From positions 1-64,000 of the forward strand of contig CAXXVO010000011.1 of the NCBI GenBank assembly GCA_963422645.2: a stretch of DNA of 64,000 nt, given 5' to 3'. Of this stretch, positions 49,092 through 61,551 are shown one piece after another. Under the pieces are notes generated by a model that did no database searches, had not been told where the DNA came from, and saw nothing but the letters and a program-made list of their open reading frames with translations. The position numbers and the translations under genes are program-made. This DNA comes from Alphaproteobacteria bacterium (GTDB lineage Bacteria; Pseudomonadota; Alphaproteobacteria; UBA828). How positions within the stretch are numbered: the stretch's first letter is position 1; the number at the start of each line of letters is the position of its first letter.

Positions 49092-49715
49092 TCATCCTCC
49101 GTCGGGCCGGGCGAGGGACGAGAACCTCTCTCCGTTCGACTGCGCCCACCATCGCACGAGCGAGCGGCGGATGCCGGCGGTGGCGGGTGCGACCCTGTGC
49201 CACCAGTCTGCGGGGAAGAGGACGAGCGATCCCGGCGGCGGGTCGATCCGTACGGGGCGGCGTTTCCGGCCCGGGTCCTGGAAGACCATGTCGCCGCCGG
49301 CTGCGGCGCGTTCGACGATGAGGCTTGCGGAGACGGTCCGGTCGAGGGTGTCGGGAACTCCCCGCCCTGCGTACTGGTCGACGTGCCAGAGGCAGGCCTG
49401 TCCTGCGAAGTAACAGTTGCAGACGGCGGGCGAGGGCGTGTCCGCGCGTGCGTTCAGCACCTCGCGGGCGTAGTTGCGGGCGAGGGCGTCCAGGGCGTCG
49501 GTGCAGTCTGCCGGGAGCATCCCGTCGGGCAGCCATGCCTCGTAGCAGTCGTCCGCGCCGGGGCCCCGGCGCGCGAGCGCGAGCCCGTTGACGGCTCGCT
49601 CGACCTCGGCCATTGCTCGAGGGCCGATGGCTGCGCGGACGACGCGAATGGGGGGGGTGGAACCCTCTCCGGGCTCGACCGGGGTTGATTCGCGGGGGTC
49701 TCTCACGCCGGGCAC
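49092..49715 (-). CDS. 2OG-Fe(II) oxygenase (prolyl-4-hydroxylase-like)
   Basis: Y..G....WHVD (HxD), GGDMVF, PGSLVLFP, HRV (distal His) and G.RRSLV (2OG-binding Arg). AGGAG RBS upstream. Confidence 0.85.
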   Translation of the reverse strand: MPGVRDPRESTPVEPGEGSTPPIRVVRAAIGPRAMAEVERAVNGLALARRGPGADDCYEAWLPDGMLPADCTDALDALARNYAREVLNARADTPSPAVCNCYFAGQACLWHVDQYAGRGVPDTLDRTVSASLIVERAAAGGDMVFQDPGRKRRPVRIDPPPGSLVLFPADWWHRVAPATAGIRRSLVRWWAQSNGERFSSLARPDGG

Positions 49716-49865
49716 CGCCGTCGAATCTCCTAGGACGCCCGATGGGTGTAGGTGACCGACCAGGGGCCTCGTGATCCTGCGTCCATCGCCAGGGTCGTGA
49801 ATCTAGCGCGGACGTAGACCGCGCCGGAGAACGGCGCCTGCCATACTATATAGTGAATATTGGAT

Positions 49866-51190
49866 CACTAGTGTCCCAAGAAAATTGGAGAGACCCTTGT
49901 TAAGTTATTGACAAAGCGCGATTAAGCGCCATTTCGCGCTGTTACCGACTTGAAGTGGCCGGCGCGAGTGCCGAGGCTGGGTTCTCCGATCCAGAGGGAG
50001 CCCGGTCATGTCCACGGGACAACTTGTCTTCTCGCAGGTGATGGACCATCTGCCCCTGCATTCGTTCCGCAAATGCGTCGAACAATACGATGGTAATCGG
50101 TACGTCAAATCGTTCTCATGCCTGAGCCAGTTTTTCTGCATGGCCTTCGCACAATTGTCCTATCGAGAAAGCCTGCGCGACATCGAGATTTGTCTGCGTG
50201 CCCAGAATAACAAGCTTTATCACATGGGAATTCGGGGACCGGTCTCGCGCAACACTTTAGCGAACGCCAACGCGCAACGCGACTGGCGCATCTATGCCGA
50301 GTTCGCCCAGGAACTGATCGACATCGCACGCCCACTCTATGCCGGCGAGGACCTCGGTCTTCAACTCGACAATACCGTGTACGCTCTCGACGCGTCGACC
50401 ATCGATCTGTGCCTGTCGGTCTTCCCCTGGGCTCTGTTCCGCTCAACCAAGTCGGCCGTCAAGCTTCACACTCTCCTTGACTTGCAGGGCAGTATCCCGG
50501 CCTTCATTCACATCTCCGACGGCAAGCTCGGCGATGTGAATGTCCTGGACATCATCATTCCGGAGCCCGGCGCCTTCTACATCATGGATCGCGCCTACCT
50601 CGACTTCAAGCGCCTCAACGCCCTGGATATGGCGGGAAGCTTCTTCGTCATCCGCGCAAAGGCCAACACGAAATACCGGCGCCAATACTCCCGTACCGTC
50701 GACAAAGACGCCGGACTGCGTTGCGATCAAACCATCGTCCTGACCGGAAAGGCGAGCAAAAGCCGCTACCCAAAGCCGCTCCGCAGGGTCGGCTACAAGG
50801 ATACTGAAACCAACAAGACCTTCAACTTCCTGACCAACAACTTCGCTGTTCCGCCCCTCACCGTCGCAGAGCTCTACCGCTATCGCTGGCAGGTCGAACT
50901 CTTCTTCAAATGGATCAAGCAAAACCTCCGCATCAAGGCCTTCTTCGGCACCTCCGAAAATGCCGTAAAGACCCAAATCTGGATCGCAGTCTCCGTCTAC
51001 GTCCTGATTGCCATCATCAAGAAGAGGTTGAGACTCGATGCCAGCCTCTACACAATTCTACAGACCCTGAGCCTCACCCTGTTCGAAAAAATCCCGCTCA
51101 ATGCGCTACTTACGCATAAGGCACTCCCGGTGGGCCAGAGCCGCGAAGATAAGCAACTGATTCTATTGTAGTTTTAATGGGACACTAGTG
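49866..51190 (+). mobile_element. IS4-family element
   Basis: TIR CACTAGTGTCCCA. 9-bp TSD ATATTGGAT at 49857-49865 and 51191-51199. Confidence 0.95.
50008..51171 (+). CDS. IS4 family transposase (DUF4372-like N-terminus)
   Basis: LDASTI, MDRAY and [15 protein letters not shown] (YREK) motifs. Confidence 0.95.
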   Translation: MSTGQLVFSQVMDHLPLHSFRKCVEQYDGNRYVKSFSCLSQFFCMAFAQLSYRESLRDIEICLRAQNNKLYHMGIRGPVSRNTLANANAQRDWRIYAEFAQELIDIARPLYAGEDLGLQLDNTVYALDASTIDLCLSVFPWALFRSTKSAVKLHTLLDLQGSIPAFIHISDGKLGDVNVLDIIIPEPGAFYIMDRAYLDFKRLNALDMAGSFFVIRAKANTKYRRQYSRTVDKDAGLRCDQTIVLTGKASKSRYPKPLRRVGYKDTETNKTFNFLTNNFAVPPLTVAELYRYRWQVELFFKWIKQNLRIKAFFGTSENAVKTQIWIAVSVYVLIAIIKKRLRLDASLYTILQTLSLTLFEKIPLNALLTHKALPVGQSREDKQLILL

Positions 51191-51346
51191 ATATTGGATA
51201 GGTATTTGTCGAAATGCCGCGTCGGCGACGAGAATAGCCTGCTCGAGGCGACCTCGAAGGTGACGTAGTGCTTGCCGGAGGTCCCATCCACGCGCAGGCC
51301 GGTATTAGTCGGCCTTCTCCGGTTGAACGTGGGCGCCGGGATCACG

Positions 51347-51516
<170 letters not shown>

Positions 51517-51840
51517 CTGGCCCGCTCCTGCCGGATCGGTCAGCCCCCAGACATAGTTCAACGTCCCGGAGCCGTGCCATTCGCCGCTATTATAGCCAAG
51601 CGAGAGCACCCCTCGGCTGAAGCTTGCCCGGCCAAGCGTGGGCGACCAGTTTGCATCGGCGCCGGTGACACCCTGCAGCTGCTTCCGCGCTGTGCTCAGC
51701 GCGGCCACCCGCACCGATACCTGTTGTTAAGCGTGGAAAAGTGACCCCCTATTGGGGGTGATCGGCGTCCAAAATTGACCCCCTTGGATTTGTGTCCATG
51801 AACACACCTCGTCGTTTGGACGGACGGGGTGGTGGGGGAG

Positions 51841-53355
51841 ATGCTGGTTGTGGAAACGATCGCGAAGATCCGTCGGGATCATCTGGTGAAGGGCGTTCCG
51901 ATCAAGAAGCTCGCCCGGGATTTGAGGGTTTCCAAGAACACGATACGCAAGGTGGTGCGGGGCGATGCGACCTCGCACAGCTACGAGCGCAAGATCCAGC
52001 CGATGCCGAAGCTTGGGCTGTGGGTGGAGGAGCTTGAGCGCCAGCTGAAGGCCAACGAGAAGAAGGCACGCAAGGATCGGCTGTCTCTTCTGCGGATTCA
52101 TGAAGACCTTGTGTCGCTGGGCTACAAGGGCGGCTATGACGCGGTTCGCCGCTATGCCAGGGCCTGGCGGCGCCGGTGGCGGCTGTTGTCGCCGGCGCAG
52201 GCCTATGTGCCGCTGATCTTCGATCCCGGCGAGGCCTACCAGTTCGACTGGAGCCACGAGTACGCGCGTCTGTCGGGCGCGACGACCAGGGTGAAGGCGG
52301 CGCACATGCGGCTGTGCCACAGCCGGATGTATCTGGTCCAGATCTTTCCCCGCGAGAGCCAGGAGATGGTCTTCGAGGCGCACGAGCGTGCCTTCCGCTT
52401 CTTCGGCGGGGTCTGCCGGCGGGGCATCTACGACAACATGAAGACGGCGGTGAGCACGATCTTCGTGGGCAAGAAGCGGGACTACAACCGCCGCTTCCAG
52501 GAGCTGTGCTCGCACCATCTGGTGGAGCCTGTGGCGTGCACGCCAGGGGCTGGCTGGGAGAAGGGGCAGGTCGAGAAGCAGGTGGGTGACCTTCGCGGCC
52601 GCCTGTTCGTGCCCATCCCGCGGGGCCGCTCCTACGCCGAGATCAACGAGTGGCTGATGGATCGGTGCATCGAGGACGCCAAGAAGCATCCGCATCCGAC
52701 AATCCCGGGCAAGACGGTGTGGCAGGTGTTCGAGGAGGAGCAGCCCTTCCTGATGGCGTATCGCGGCCCCTTCGACGGCTTCCATGCCAGCGAGGTGTCG
52801 GTCTCGAAGACCTGTCTGGTGCGCTTCGACAACAACCAGTACAGCGTCGCGGCCCGCGCCGTCGGCCGGCCGGTGGACGTGCGGGCCTATGCCGATCGGA
52901 TCGTCATCCGCCAGGACGGCGAGACCGTTGCCGAGCACCCCCGCAGCTTCGGGCGCGGCCGGTTCGTCTACGATCCGTGGCATTACGTGCCGATCCTGAC
53001 GCGGAAGCCCGGCGCGCTACGCAATGGCGCGCCCTTCAAGGACTGGCAGTTGCCCAACGCGCTCGGCCGCCTGCGAACCCGGCTCGCGGGCCACGACGAC
53101 GGCGACCGGCAGTTCGTCAAGGTGCTCGCGGCGGTGCTGGAGGACGGACTGGAGGCGGTTGAGGCGGCCTGTGCCGAGACGCTCGACTGCGGTGCCTGCA
53201 GCGCCGACGTGGTGCTCAACATCCTCGCCCGGCAGCGCCAGCCGGCACCGCCGGCAATCATCCCGACGCCCGAGGGCCTGCAGCTTCGCCACAAGCCGGT
53301 AGCCGACTGTCAGCGCTACGACAGCCTGAGGGAGGCCGGTCATGGAGCGTCATGA
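51841..53355 (+). CDS. istA: IS21 transposase
   Basis: N-terminal HTH; [12 protein letters not shown] and WEKGQVE DDE motifs. Confidence 0.95.
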   Translation: MLVVETIAKIRRDHLVKGVPIKKLARDLRVSKNTIRKVVRGDATSHSYERKIQPMPKLGLWVEELERQLKANEKKARKDRLSLLRIHEDLVSLGYKGGYDAVRRYARAWRRRWRLLSPAQAYVPLIFDPGEAYQFDWSHEYARLSGATTRVKAAHMRLCHSRMYLVQIFPRESQEMVFEAHERAFRFFGGVCRRGIYDNMKTAVSTIFVGKKRDYNRRFQELCSHHLVEPVACTPGAGWEKGQVEKQVGDLRGRLFVPIPRGRSYAEINEWLMDRCIEDAKKHPHPTIPGKTVWQVFEEEQPFLMAYRGPFDGFHASEVSVSKTCLVRFDNNQYSVAARAVGRPVDVRAYADRIVIRQDGETVAEHPRSFGRGRFVYDPWHYVPILTRKPGALRNGAPFKDWQLPNALGRLRTRLAGHDDGDRQFVKVLAAVLEDGLEAVEAACAETLDCGACSADVVLNILARQRQPAPPAIIPTPEGLQLRHKPVADCQRYDSLREAGHGAS

Positions 53356-54070
53356 TGTGCTGGAGATGATGACCCAGCTGAAGCTCGCAGGTATGCGCGC
53401 CGCTTACGACGACATCCTTGCCGACGGGCTCAAGCGCCGCCATCCGGTGCAACAGATCATCGGTACGCTGCTGCAGGTCGAGATCGCCGACAAGAGGGCC
53501 CGCTCGATCAAGTACCAGATGGCCTCCGCCAAGCTGCCGACGGTCAAGGAGCTGGCCGACTTCGACTTCGCCGCCTCGCCGGTCAACGAGCCCCTGATCC
53601 AGGAGCTCGCCGGCGGCGGCTTCCTCGAGGGCAAACGCAACATCGTGCTGGTCGGCGGCACCGGTACCGGCAAGACCCATCTCGCCGTCGCCATCGCGCG
53701 GTCCTGCATCCGCAAGGGCGCGCGCGGCCGGTGCTACAACGTCGTCGACCTGGTCAACCTCCTCGAGGCCGAGCTTCGCGCCGGACGCCAGGGCCGCACT
53801 GCAGACCAGCTCGTCCGCCGCGACTTCGTCATCCTCGACGAGCTCGGCTACCTGCCCTTCGCCCAGGCCGGTGGGCAGCTGCTCTTCCATCTGATGAGCC
53901 GGCTCTACGAGCGCACCTCGATCGTCATCACCACAAACCTCGCCTTCGGCGAATGGCCATCCGTCTTCGGCGACCCCAAGATGACCACAGCGCTGCTCGA
54001 TCGCCTCACCCATCATTGCGAGATCATCGAGACCGGCAACGAGAGCTGGCGCTTCAAGAACCGCTCCTGA
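53342..54070 (+). CDS. istB: IS21 helper ATPase
   Basis: [16 protein letters not shown] and ALLDRLTHH motifs. Confidence 0.96.
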   Translation: MERHDVLEMMTQLKLAGMRAAYDDILADGLKRRHPVQQIIGTLLQVEIADKRARSIKYQMASAKLPTVKELADFDFAASPVNEPLIQELAGGGFLEGKRNIVLVGGTGTGKTHLAVAIARSCIRKGARGRCYNVVDLVNLLEAELRAGRQGRTADQLVRRDFVILDELGYLPFAQAGGQLLFHLMSRLYERTSIVITTNLAFGEWPSVFGDPKMTTALLDRLTHHCEIIETGNESWRFKNRS

Positions 54071-56315
54071 CCCGCCGCCGGCCTCCCTTGCGGCCCGGTT
54101 GCCCCGGTGGGCCAACAGGGACCCCCCACGCGGCTTCGCTCCGCGTAGCGCAGGGCGCCACACGAAGCCGCGCGGGTCCCCCCTATTGGCTACCGGGACA
54201 ACCTCCGCCGTGCCACTCAGGGGGGTCAATTTTGCACGCCGATCGGGGGTCAGTATTGAAAGCCGATTGACACTCGGGCGCGACACCCAGCGAAAAACCG
54301 CCTGAAACAACCGAAATGTATCAGAATTCAAGGAGTTCCCGGCACGCTGCCCAGAACAGCCAGCATCACGAGGTCAGGAAGTCTGACGATACGACCGTGG
54401 TGATCCCGCCCCGCTGCGAGGCGGCGATAGACGCGCGCGGCAACATCGTGATCGACTGCGCAAGCGCCGTGGCACAGCACGGGCACGACCTGGCTGCGCC
54501 GATCATGCAGCGCGTCATCGGCGGCGCCTTTACCGCCATCGCGCAGGAGATGGCGGGCGTGCTCTACCGCATGTCCTATTCCTCGATCATCCGCGAATCG
54601 GAAGACCTCGGCGCCGGCATCTTCGACCGCGACGGCCTCATGCTGGCGGAATCGGAATCGACGCCGATGTTCATGGGCGCGATGCCGCGCATCGTCCAGA
54701 ACGTGATCGAGCTGCTCGACGGCGACATCCACGAAGGCGACATCATCTTCCACAACGACCCCTACTACGGGGCCACGCATTCGCCGGACTGCGCCATCGT
54801 GATGCCGATCTACCGCCGGGACGAGCTGGTCGGGTTCGCGGGCGCGTCGGCCCACCTGCTCGATATCGGCGGCGCCTATCCGGGGCTCAACATCGACGCG
54901 GTCGACATCTACGCCGAAGGCAACATCTACCGGGCCGTGAAGCTCGCGATAAAAGGTGTGCGGCAGGATGGGCTCTGGAAGCACATTCTGGAGAACATGC
55001 GCACGCCGACGCCCAACGAGGGCGACATCCAGGCGATGATCGCAGCCTGCGAGCTCGCCAAGCGACGCTATATCGATCTCATCGAGCGCTACGGGCAGGG
55101 TGCCGTCGACGCGGCCGGCCAGCACTGGATGAGCTATTCGGAGCAGATGCTCAGGCGCGAGATCGCCAAGATTCCCGACGGCGAATACGAGACCGGGCTC
55201 GGCTATCTCGACGACGACGGGGTCAACCGGGGCCGCAAGCTGCCGGTCAAGGTCAAGGTGATCATTGAAGGCGACGAGATCACCTACGACCTCACCGGCT
55301 CCAGCGACGAGGTGCCGACCGGCTACAACGTTCCCTTCGAGGGCACGACCTGCTCAGCCATGTCCTTCATCACGCGGATGATCTTCCTCGATACCGTGAC
55401 GCACCCGGTCTACGTGCCGCAGAACGAGGGTATGACCCGGCCGATCAACGTGATCGCGCCCAAGGGCTCGATCTTCAATCCCAATTTCCCGCGCTCCTGC
55501 TTCGCCCGCTTCTGCCAGATGCAGCGCGCCGTCGACCTGGTGCTCCGCGCGCTCGCCCCGGTGGTGCCCGAGAAGGTGACCGCGGGCAACTCGGCGCACC
55601 TGCACTTCATCTCCTACTCCGGCTTCGACACGGATCAGGGCGAGTACTGGGTCTATCTGGAGGTCGACGAAGGCTCCTACGGCGGCCGCCCGGATCGTGA
55701 CGGCATGGACGCCGTGGATTGCCTCATCGCCAACACCCGCAACAACCCGATCGAGGAGCTGGAATGGCGCTTCCCGATCCGCACCGAGCGCTACGAGCTG
55801 CGCAACGAGTCCTGTGCCGCCGGCAAGTGGCGGGGCGGCATCGGCATGGTGCGGGTCAACAAGATGCTGGTCGACACCATCGTCACCTGCGAGGGGGAGC
55901 GGCACGAATCCGACGAGCCTTGGGGAGTCTTCGGCGGCATGCCGGGGCTGAACGCCTCCGTGGTGCGAAACCGTGGCGGGGCGGACGAAGAGGCGTGGCC
56001 GTCGAAGTTCACCGGCTTCCGGCTCGCCGCAGGCGACAGCATCGAGATCACGGTGCCCAATTCGGGCGGCTACGGCGATCCGCTGGAGCGCGACCCTGCG
56101 CTCGTGCTCGCGGACGTGTTCGACGGCTTCACCACCATCGAGCGCGCGCGGAACGACTACGGCGTCGTGATCGAACCGGCACCGATGCGGCTCGATGAGG
56201 AGGCGACCCGCCGGCTACGCGCCGAACGCTCCGGCGCAGCACGCCAACCGGCGCCGGCCTGAGGAAAGGACCGAGGGGCTTCCCCGACAAGGCCGAGGCT
56301 ATCCCGCCTGCGCCC

Positions 56316-58787
56316 CAATGGCATTCATTTGGCGCGAAGATTGTTCCGGGGTTTTTTGGTGGTGTCGTAACGAGTTGATTTCTTGTGTGGATTGTCGGTC
56401 TCGGCGTTTCCCGCACGAGGGGGATTGACCGGCGGCGTGTGCTTTGGCACACTGTGGCTGTCCCCCTGTCAGTGGAGCCGGCCCATGGACCCCCGCATCA
56501 CCGCGCTGAAGTCGACGACCTTTTTCGGCAGACGTCTGACCCGCCGGCAGATTGCCGACATCCAGGAGACGGTGGCGCTGTTTCCGGCGATCAGCCGCAA
56601 CGAGCTCGGGCACACGATCTGCGAGCATTTGAACTGGCGCGCGCCGAGCGGGCGGAACCGTGTCGCGGTCTGCCTGCGGATGCTGGAGGAGTTGGAGCGG
56701 CTGGGCATCCTGACCCTGCCGGCGCGGGACGAGGCGCAGGTGCGGGGGCCGCAGGAGGCGATGGCCCGGAGCGAGCGGACGGCGCCGGCCGCGGCGATCG
56801 CGGAGGACCTGGCCGCGCTGATGCCGCTGCGCCTGTCGATTGCGGCGGGCAAGGAGGAGGGCGGGCTGTGGAACGAGTTCGTCGCGCGCCACCACTATCT
56901 CGGGCTGCATCGTCTGGTCGGCGCGCATCTGCGCTATTTTCTCCTGGACCGCCACGGGCGGCCTCTGGGCTGCCTTCTGTTTGCCCGGGCGTCGCTGAGC
57001 TGCCCTGCCGCGACGAGTGGATCGGGTGGCCGGCGGAAGGCTTCCGCAAGCACCTCGATCTGGTCGTGGGTCACACGCGTTTCCTGATCTTTCCCTGGGT
57101 CCGGGTCGACAACCTGGCGTCGAAAGCGCTGTCGATGGCGCTGCGCCAGCTGCCCGGCGACTGGGAGGCGCGCTTCGGAGCGCGCCCGGTTCTGGTGGAG
57201 ACCTTCGTGGACCCCAGCCTCTTCGACGGCGCCTGCTACCGCGCGGCCAACTGGCGCTGTCTCGGCGAGACCGGGGGCGGCAAGGGCAAGACCCGCAAAA
57301 GCGTCTACGTCTACCCGCTGACGCCGGACTTCCGCTCGATCCTGCTCGAAGGCCCGCGGCCGGCGCGGCGCGGGAACAGGACACGGCCGGCAGCGCTGGC
57401 GCCGGACGATCCCTTCGTGGCGCTGTGGCAGGACCTGATCGGCGCACTGGCGGCGGTGGCCGCCGATCACGACCGGGTGTGGCAGAGCCGCCGGCGGGTC
57501 CTCGACACCCTTCTCGTCATGCTCTTCATCTTCCGGCTGGCGTTCTCGAACGGCCGCGCGGGCTACGCCACGACGCTGGCCGGGCTGTGGGAGCAGTGCC
57601 GGGTCCTGGGCGTCGCACTGCCGCAGCCGGCGCCGGTCTCGGCCTCGGCGATGTGCATGGCGCGGGCCAAGGTCGACGAGGCGGTGTTCAAGACGCTGCA
57701 CGCCGAGATCCTCAAGCGCGCCGACGGCCCGGCCTGGAAGGGCCACCGCGTGTTCGCGGTCGACGGCTCCAAGCTCAACCTGCCGCGGCCGCTGCTCAAG
57801 GCCGGCTACCGCACGCCCTCCGAGGCGGCCCACTACCCGCAGGGCCTGCTGAGTTGCCTCTACCGGCTGCACGCGAACATCCCGGTGGACTTCGACCTGG
57901 TCGCGCACGGCGACGAAAGAAGGGCCGCCCTCGCCCACCTCAAGGCGCTCTCGGCCAACGACATCGTGGTCTATGACCGCGGCTACTACTCTTGGGAGAT
58001 GCTGCACGCCCATGTCGCCCGCGGCCTGCACCCCGTGTTCCGGATCAAGAAGAAGGCAGGCGCCGCCCTCGACGCCTTCATCGCCGACGGCCGCACGGAC
58101 GCGCCGATCACCGTCGCTCCCGGAAAGGACACCCTGAGAAAGCTGCGCCGCAAGACGCCGCACGTCGACGCCACCCCGCTGCGCCTGCGACTGGTCCGCT
58201 ACCGCATCGGCAGCACGGTCTTCATCCTCGCCACCACCCTCCTCGACCCCAAGGCCTGGAGCGTCGCGGAACTGGCCGAGCTCTATCACGCGCGCTGGGG
58301 AATCGAGGAACTCTACAAGACCTCGAAACAGGCCATGGCCGTCGAGGCCTTCCACAGCCAGACCGAGCGCGGCGTCCGCCAGGAGCTCTTCGCCCACTTC
58401 AACCTCATCGCCATGACCCGGCTCTTCACCAACCGCAGCAACGCAAGCCTCGACGCCGAGCGCCCTGCCGACGGCAAGCCGGCGATGAAAGCCAACTTCA
58501 GCAACGGCCTCGCCACCGTCGCGCGCAACCTCGAAGCGCTGCTGCTGCGCCATACGGCGATGGTCGCCGAAACCCTCAGCCATGTCCTCTCCTGCATCAA
58601 CCAGGCGCGTCAGCGCCCGCGCCCCGGCCGGTCCTGCGAACGCAGGTCGCGCAAACCCCGCGGCAAGTGGGCACGCGCAAAGCGGGCCGTCGCCTGAACA
58701 CCTGAACGACAGAAACGCACGCAACCGACAGCGCAAGAACACGACTCCTTAAGTGAACAGTCGAAAACCGCTAAGTGAATGCCATTG
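56316..58787 (+). mobile_element. IS4-family element with a DUF4338-fused transposase
   Basis: TIR CAATGGCATTCA(T/C)TT. 10-bp TSD GCCTGCGCCC at 56306-56315 and 58788-58797. Confidence 0.93.
56485..58697 (+). pseudogene. DUF4338 (DruA/Mom-like GNAT) plus IS4 DDE transposase fusion, frameshifted near 57000
   Basis: N-terminal part has HHYLG, RDEWIGW, RFLIFPWV, NLAS, ETFVD and GACYRAANW. C-terminal part has AVDGS, YDRGY and YHARWGIEELYK. One missing base near 57000 separates the frames. Confidence 0.85.
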
Positions 58788-58853
58788 GCCTGCGCCCGGC
58801 GTGTGATAAGAGAGCAAAACGCAAGCTGATCGCACGATGTAGGGAGAGGACAC

Positions 58854-60302
58854 ATGATGGGCGGTATTTCCGAAGCTTACGGCTCACTCGACGGCATGGG
58901 GCTCGCCGCCCTGGTCAGGAAGGGAGAGGTCTCGCCGAGCGAGGTGCTCGAAGAGGCGATAAGCCGCGCCGAGGCGGTCAATGGAACGCTCAACTTCCTC
59001 ACCTACAAGGCTTACGAGGAAGGCCGCAAGATGGCGGCCGACCCGGCGCTCCCCAATGGCCCTTTCAAGGGCGTGCCCTGGCTCGTGAAGGAGATCGCGA
59101 CCGATTGGACTGGGCTGCAGAACACCAACGCCTGCCCCTACTTCAAGGACATCGTCTCGACCAGCGACAGCGAGCAGGTGAAGCGCGTCAAGAAGGCGGG
59201 CTTCGTGCTGCTCGGCAAGTCAAACTCGCCGGAGGCCGGCTGGGCGCTCTCCACCGAGCCCAAGATGTACGGCCCGACCCTCAATCCCTGGGACACGTCG
59301 CGCACGCCCGGCGGCTCCTCCGGCGGCTCGGCGGCGGCGGTCGCGGCCCGCGTGCTGCCGCTGGCCGAGGCGAGCGACGGCGGCGGCTCCATCCGCACGC
59401 CCGCGTGCCATTCCGGCCTGGTCGGCCTCAAGCCCGCGCGCGGGCGCATCACGATGGCGCCGGGCGCGGACTTCTGGTACGGCGGCGTCACCTTCCTCTG
59501 CGTCTCGCGCTCGGTCCGCGACACGGCCGCTTTCTTCGATACCGTGGGTGGGCCGCTCCCCGGCGATCCCTACTACGCAGTGATGCCGGAGACCCCCTAC
59601 CTCGACGAGATTGGCAAAGACCCAGGCTCGCTCTCGATCGCCATGGTCACCGCCTCGCCCGAGGGCTGCACTCCGGTGGACGCAGAAGTGCGCGAGGGGA
59701 TCGAGAACACCGGGAAGCTGCTGGAGAGCCTCGGCCATCGGGTCACGCCGGAGGCCGTGCCCTACGACTTCTGGCCGCTCTACGACGCCTACATGCGGAT
59801 CGGCGCCGTGGTCACGGCGGCCTGGTTCGATGGCTCCGCCGAACTCGTCGGCCACACCCTCAGGCAGGACGAGACCGAGAACCTCTATTGGACAACCATC
59901 GAGAGGGGTCGCAGCACCTCGGCGGTCGATCACCACAACGATGTCGCTCAACTGCGCGCCATGTGCCGCGACATCGTGGGCCGCATGGCCGCCTACGACG
60001 CATGGCTCTGCCCGGTGGTGCCGATGGTGGCGCGCAAGATCGGCTACTACGACATGTCCCGCGATTGCGACGACTACAACGCGAACATCATGGGGCCGGA
60101 TTGCGCCTTCACCCAGCCTTTCAACGCGACCGGCTCTCCCGGCATCTCGTTGCCGCTACACTGGACGGCCGACGGCGTGCCGGTGGGCTCCCAGCTGGTC
60201 GGGCGCGACCTCGACGAGGCACTGCTCTTCCGCCTCGCCGGCCAGCTCGAACAGGCGCAGCCCTGGATTGATCGCATTCCGCCGGTCAACGCGGGGGCGT
60301 GA
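58854..60302 (+). CDS. Amidase-signature family hydrolase
   Basis: Catalytic Lys (VKEI), PGGSSGGS and SDGGGSIR motifs. Confidence 0.93.
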   Translation: MMGGISEAYGSLDGMGLAALVRKGEVSPSEVLEEAISRAEAVNGTLNFLTYKAYEEGRKMAADPALPNGPFKGVPWLVKEIATDWTGLQNTNACPYFKDIVSTSDSEQVKRVKKAGFVLLGKSNSPEAGWALSTEPKMYGPTLNPWDTSRTPGGSSGGSAAAVAARVLPLAEASDGGGSIRTPACHSGLVGLKPARGRITMAPGADFWYGGVTFLCVSRSVRDTAAFFDTVGGPLPGDPYYAVMPETPYLDEIGKDPGSLSIAMVTASPEGCTPVDAEVREGIENTGKLLESLGHRVTPEAVPYDFWPLYDAYMRIGAVVTAAWFDGSAELVGHTLRQDETENLYWTTIERGRSTSAVDHHNDVAQLRAMCRDIVGRMAAYDAWLCPVVPMVARKIGYYDMSRDCDDYNANIMGPDCAFTQPFNATGSPGISLPLHWTADGVPVGSQLVGRDLDEALLFRLAGQLEQAQPWIDRIPPVNAGA

Positions 60303-60352
60303 TCGCTCCCTCGACCGGTCAGACAACGAGACACCACAGGAGGCCAAGACCC

Positions 60353-61488
60353 ATGAGAAAATCACTTAGCCTGTTGACGGCAGCGGTTGCAGCGATGGCG
60401 CTGGCAACGGCTGCCCATGCCGAGACTCTCAAGGTCGGCATGATCACGACACTCTCCGGCGGCGGTGCCAGCCTCGGCATCGACGTGCGCGACGGCTTCA
60501 TGCTCGCCGTCAAGCAGGCCGGCGCCGATATCGAGGTGATCGTGGATGACGACCAGCGCAAGCCGGCGCCGTCCAGCTCGCCGACAAGATGATACAAAGC
60601 GACAAGGTGGACGTGCTGACCGGCATCATCTGGTCGAACCTCGCCATCGCGGTCGTGCCCGCGGCGGTGCAGCAGGGCAAGTTCTACCTCTCGCCCAACG
60701 CTGGCCCTTCGCTCCTCGCCGGCGAGCGGTGCCACGCGAACTACTTCAACGTTGCCTGGCAGAACGACAACCTGCACGAGGCCGCAGGCGCCTATGCAAA
60801 CAGCGCAGGGTTCGCCAACAGCTTCATCCTCGCGCCAAATTACCCCGCCGGGAAGGACGCCCTGACCGGGTACAAGCGGCTCTACGAGGGCGAGATCGTG
60901 GGCGAGGTCTACACCAAGCTGGGCGCGAACGAGTACGCGGCCGAGATCGCACAAATTCGCGCTTCGGGCGCCGAGAGCGTGTTCTTCTTCCTGCCCGGCG
61001 GCATGGGGATCGCCTTCCTCAAGCAGTATGCGCAATCCGGGCTCGACATCCCGCTGGTCGGCCCCGCCTTCTCCTTCGACCAGGGCATTCTACAGGCGGT
61101 GGGCGAGGCCGCAGTCGGCGTGAAGAACACCTCGCAGTGGTCCAAGGATATCGACAATCCGACCAACAAGGCCTTCGTCGAGAGCTTCCAGGCCGAATAC
61201 GGCCGCCTGCCCTCGCTCTACGCGAGCCAGGGCTTCGACACGGCGAACCTGCTGGTCTCGGCCATGGGCAAGGCGAGCGTCTCGGATGCCGATGCCTTCC
61301 ATGCGGCGTTGGAGGCGGCCGACTTCAGCTCCACGCGCGGTGCCTTCTCGTTCGCGTCGAATCACCATCCGGTGCAGGACATCTACGTGCGCGAAGTGAT
61401 CAAGGAAGGCGATGTCTTCACCAACAAGATCATCGGCACGGCGCTGACCGACCACGCCAACGCCTATATCGAAGACTGCGCGATGTAA
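60353..61488 (+). pseudogene. Branched-chain amino acid-type ABC solute-binding protein, frameshifted near 60568
   Basis: Signal peptide and KVGMITTLSG...DDQRKP, continuing in another frame as AVQLADKMIQSDKVDVLTGIIWSN. Could be an assembly indel. Confidence 0.8.
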
Positions 61489-61504
61489 CCTGCGTGCACG
61501 CGGG

Positions 61505-61536
61505 GAACGGGCCGTTTAGCGCGGCCCGTTCTTTTT
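61505..61536 (+). terminator. Intrinsic terminator/attenuator hairpin after the solute-binding gene
   Basis: GAACGGGCCG-loop-CGGCCCGTTC followed by TTTTT. Confidence 0.7.
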
Positions 61537-61551
61537 ATCCGGGCTAACGAG

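Larger units (their letters stand above)
51722..54272 (+). mobile_element. IS21-family element without a TSD
   Basis: TG...CA ends with tandem internal repeats (AAAGTGACCCCC/AAATTGACCCCC and GGGGGTCAATTT/GGGGGTCAGTAT), istA-istB, and a long hairpin after istB. The two flanks differ. Confidence 0.93.

Noticed and set aside
49730-51300. A/T-rich C-terminus of the PT/FN3-like protein as a DGR variable region
   Set aside because: No template repeat or reverse transcriptase is visible in the window, so the idea cannot be supported.
56990-57015. Programmed ribosomal frameshift in the DUF4338-IS4 gene
   Set aside because: No slippery sequence, and the break falls mid-domain. A 1-bp deletion or assembly error is more likely, as for the indels near 581 and 60568.
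56485-57330. Druantia anti-phage system
   Set aside because: The DUF4338 domain lies inside IS4 ends and is fused to the transposase. No DruE helicase or other Dru genes are nearby.
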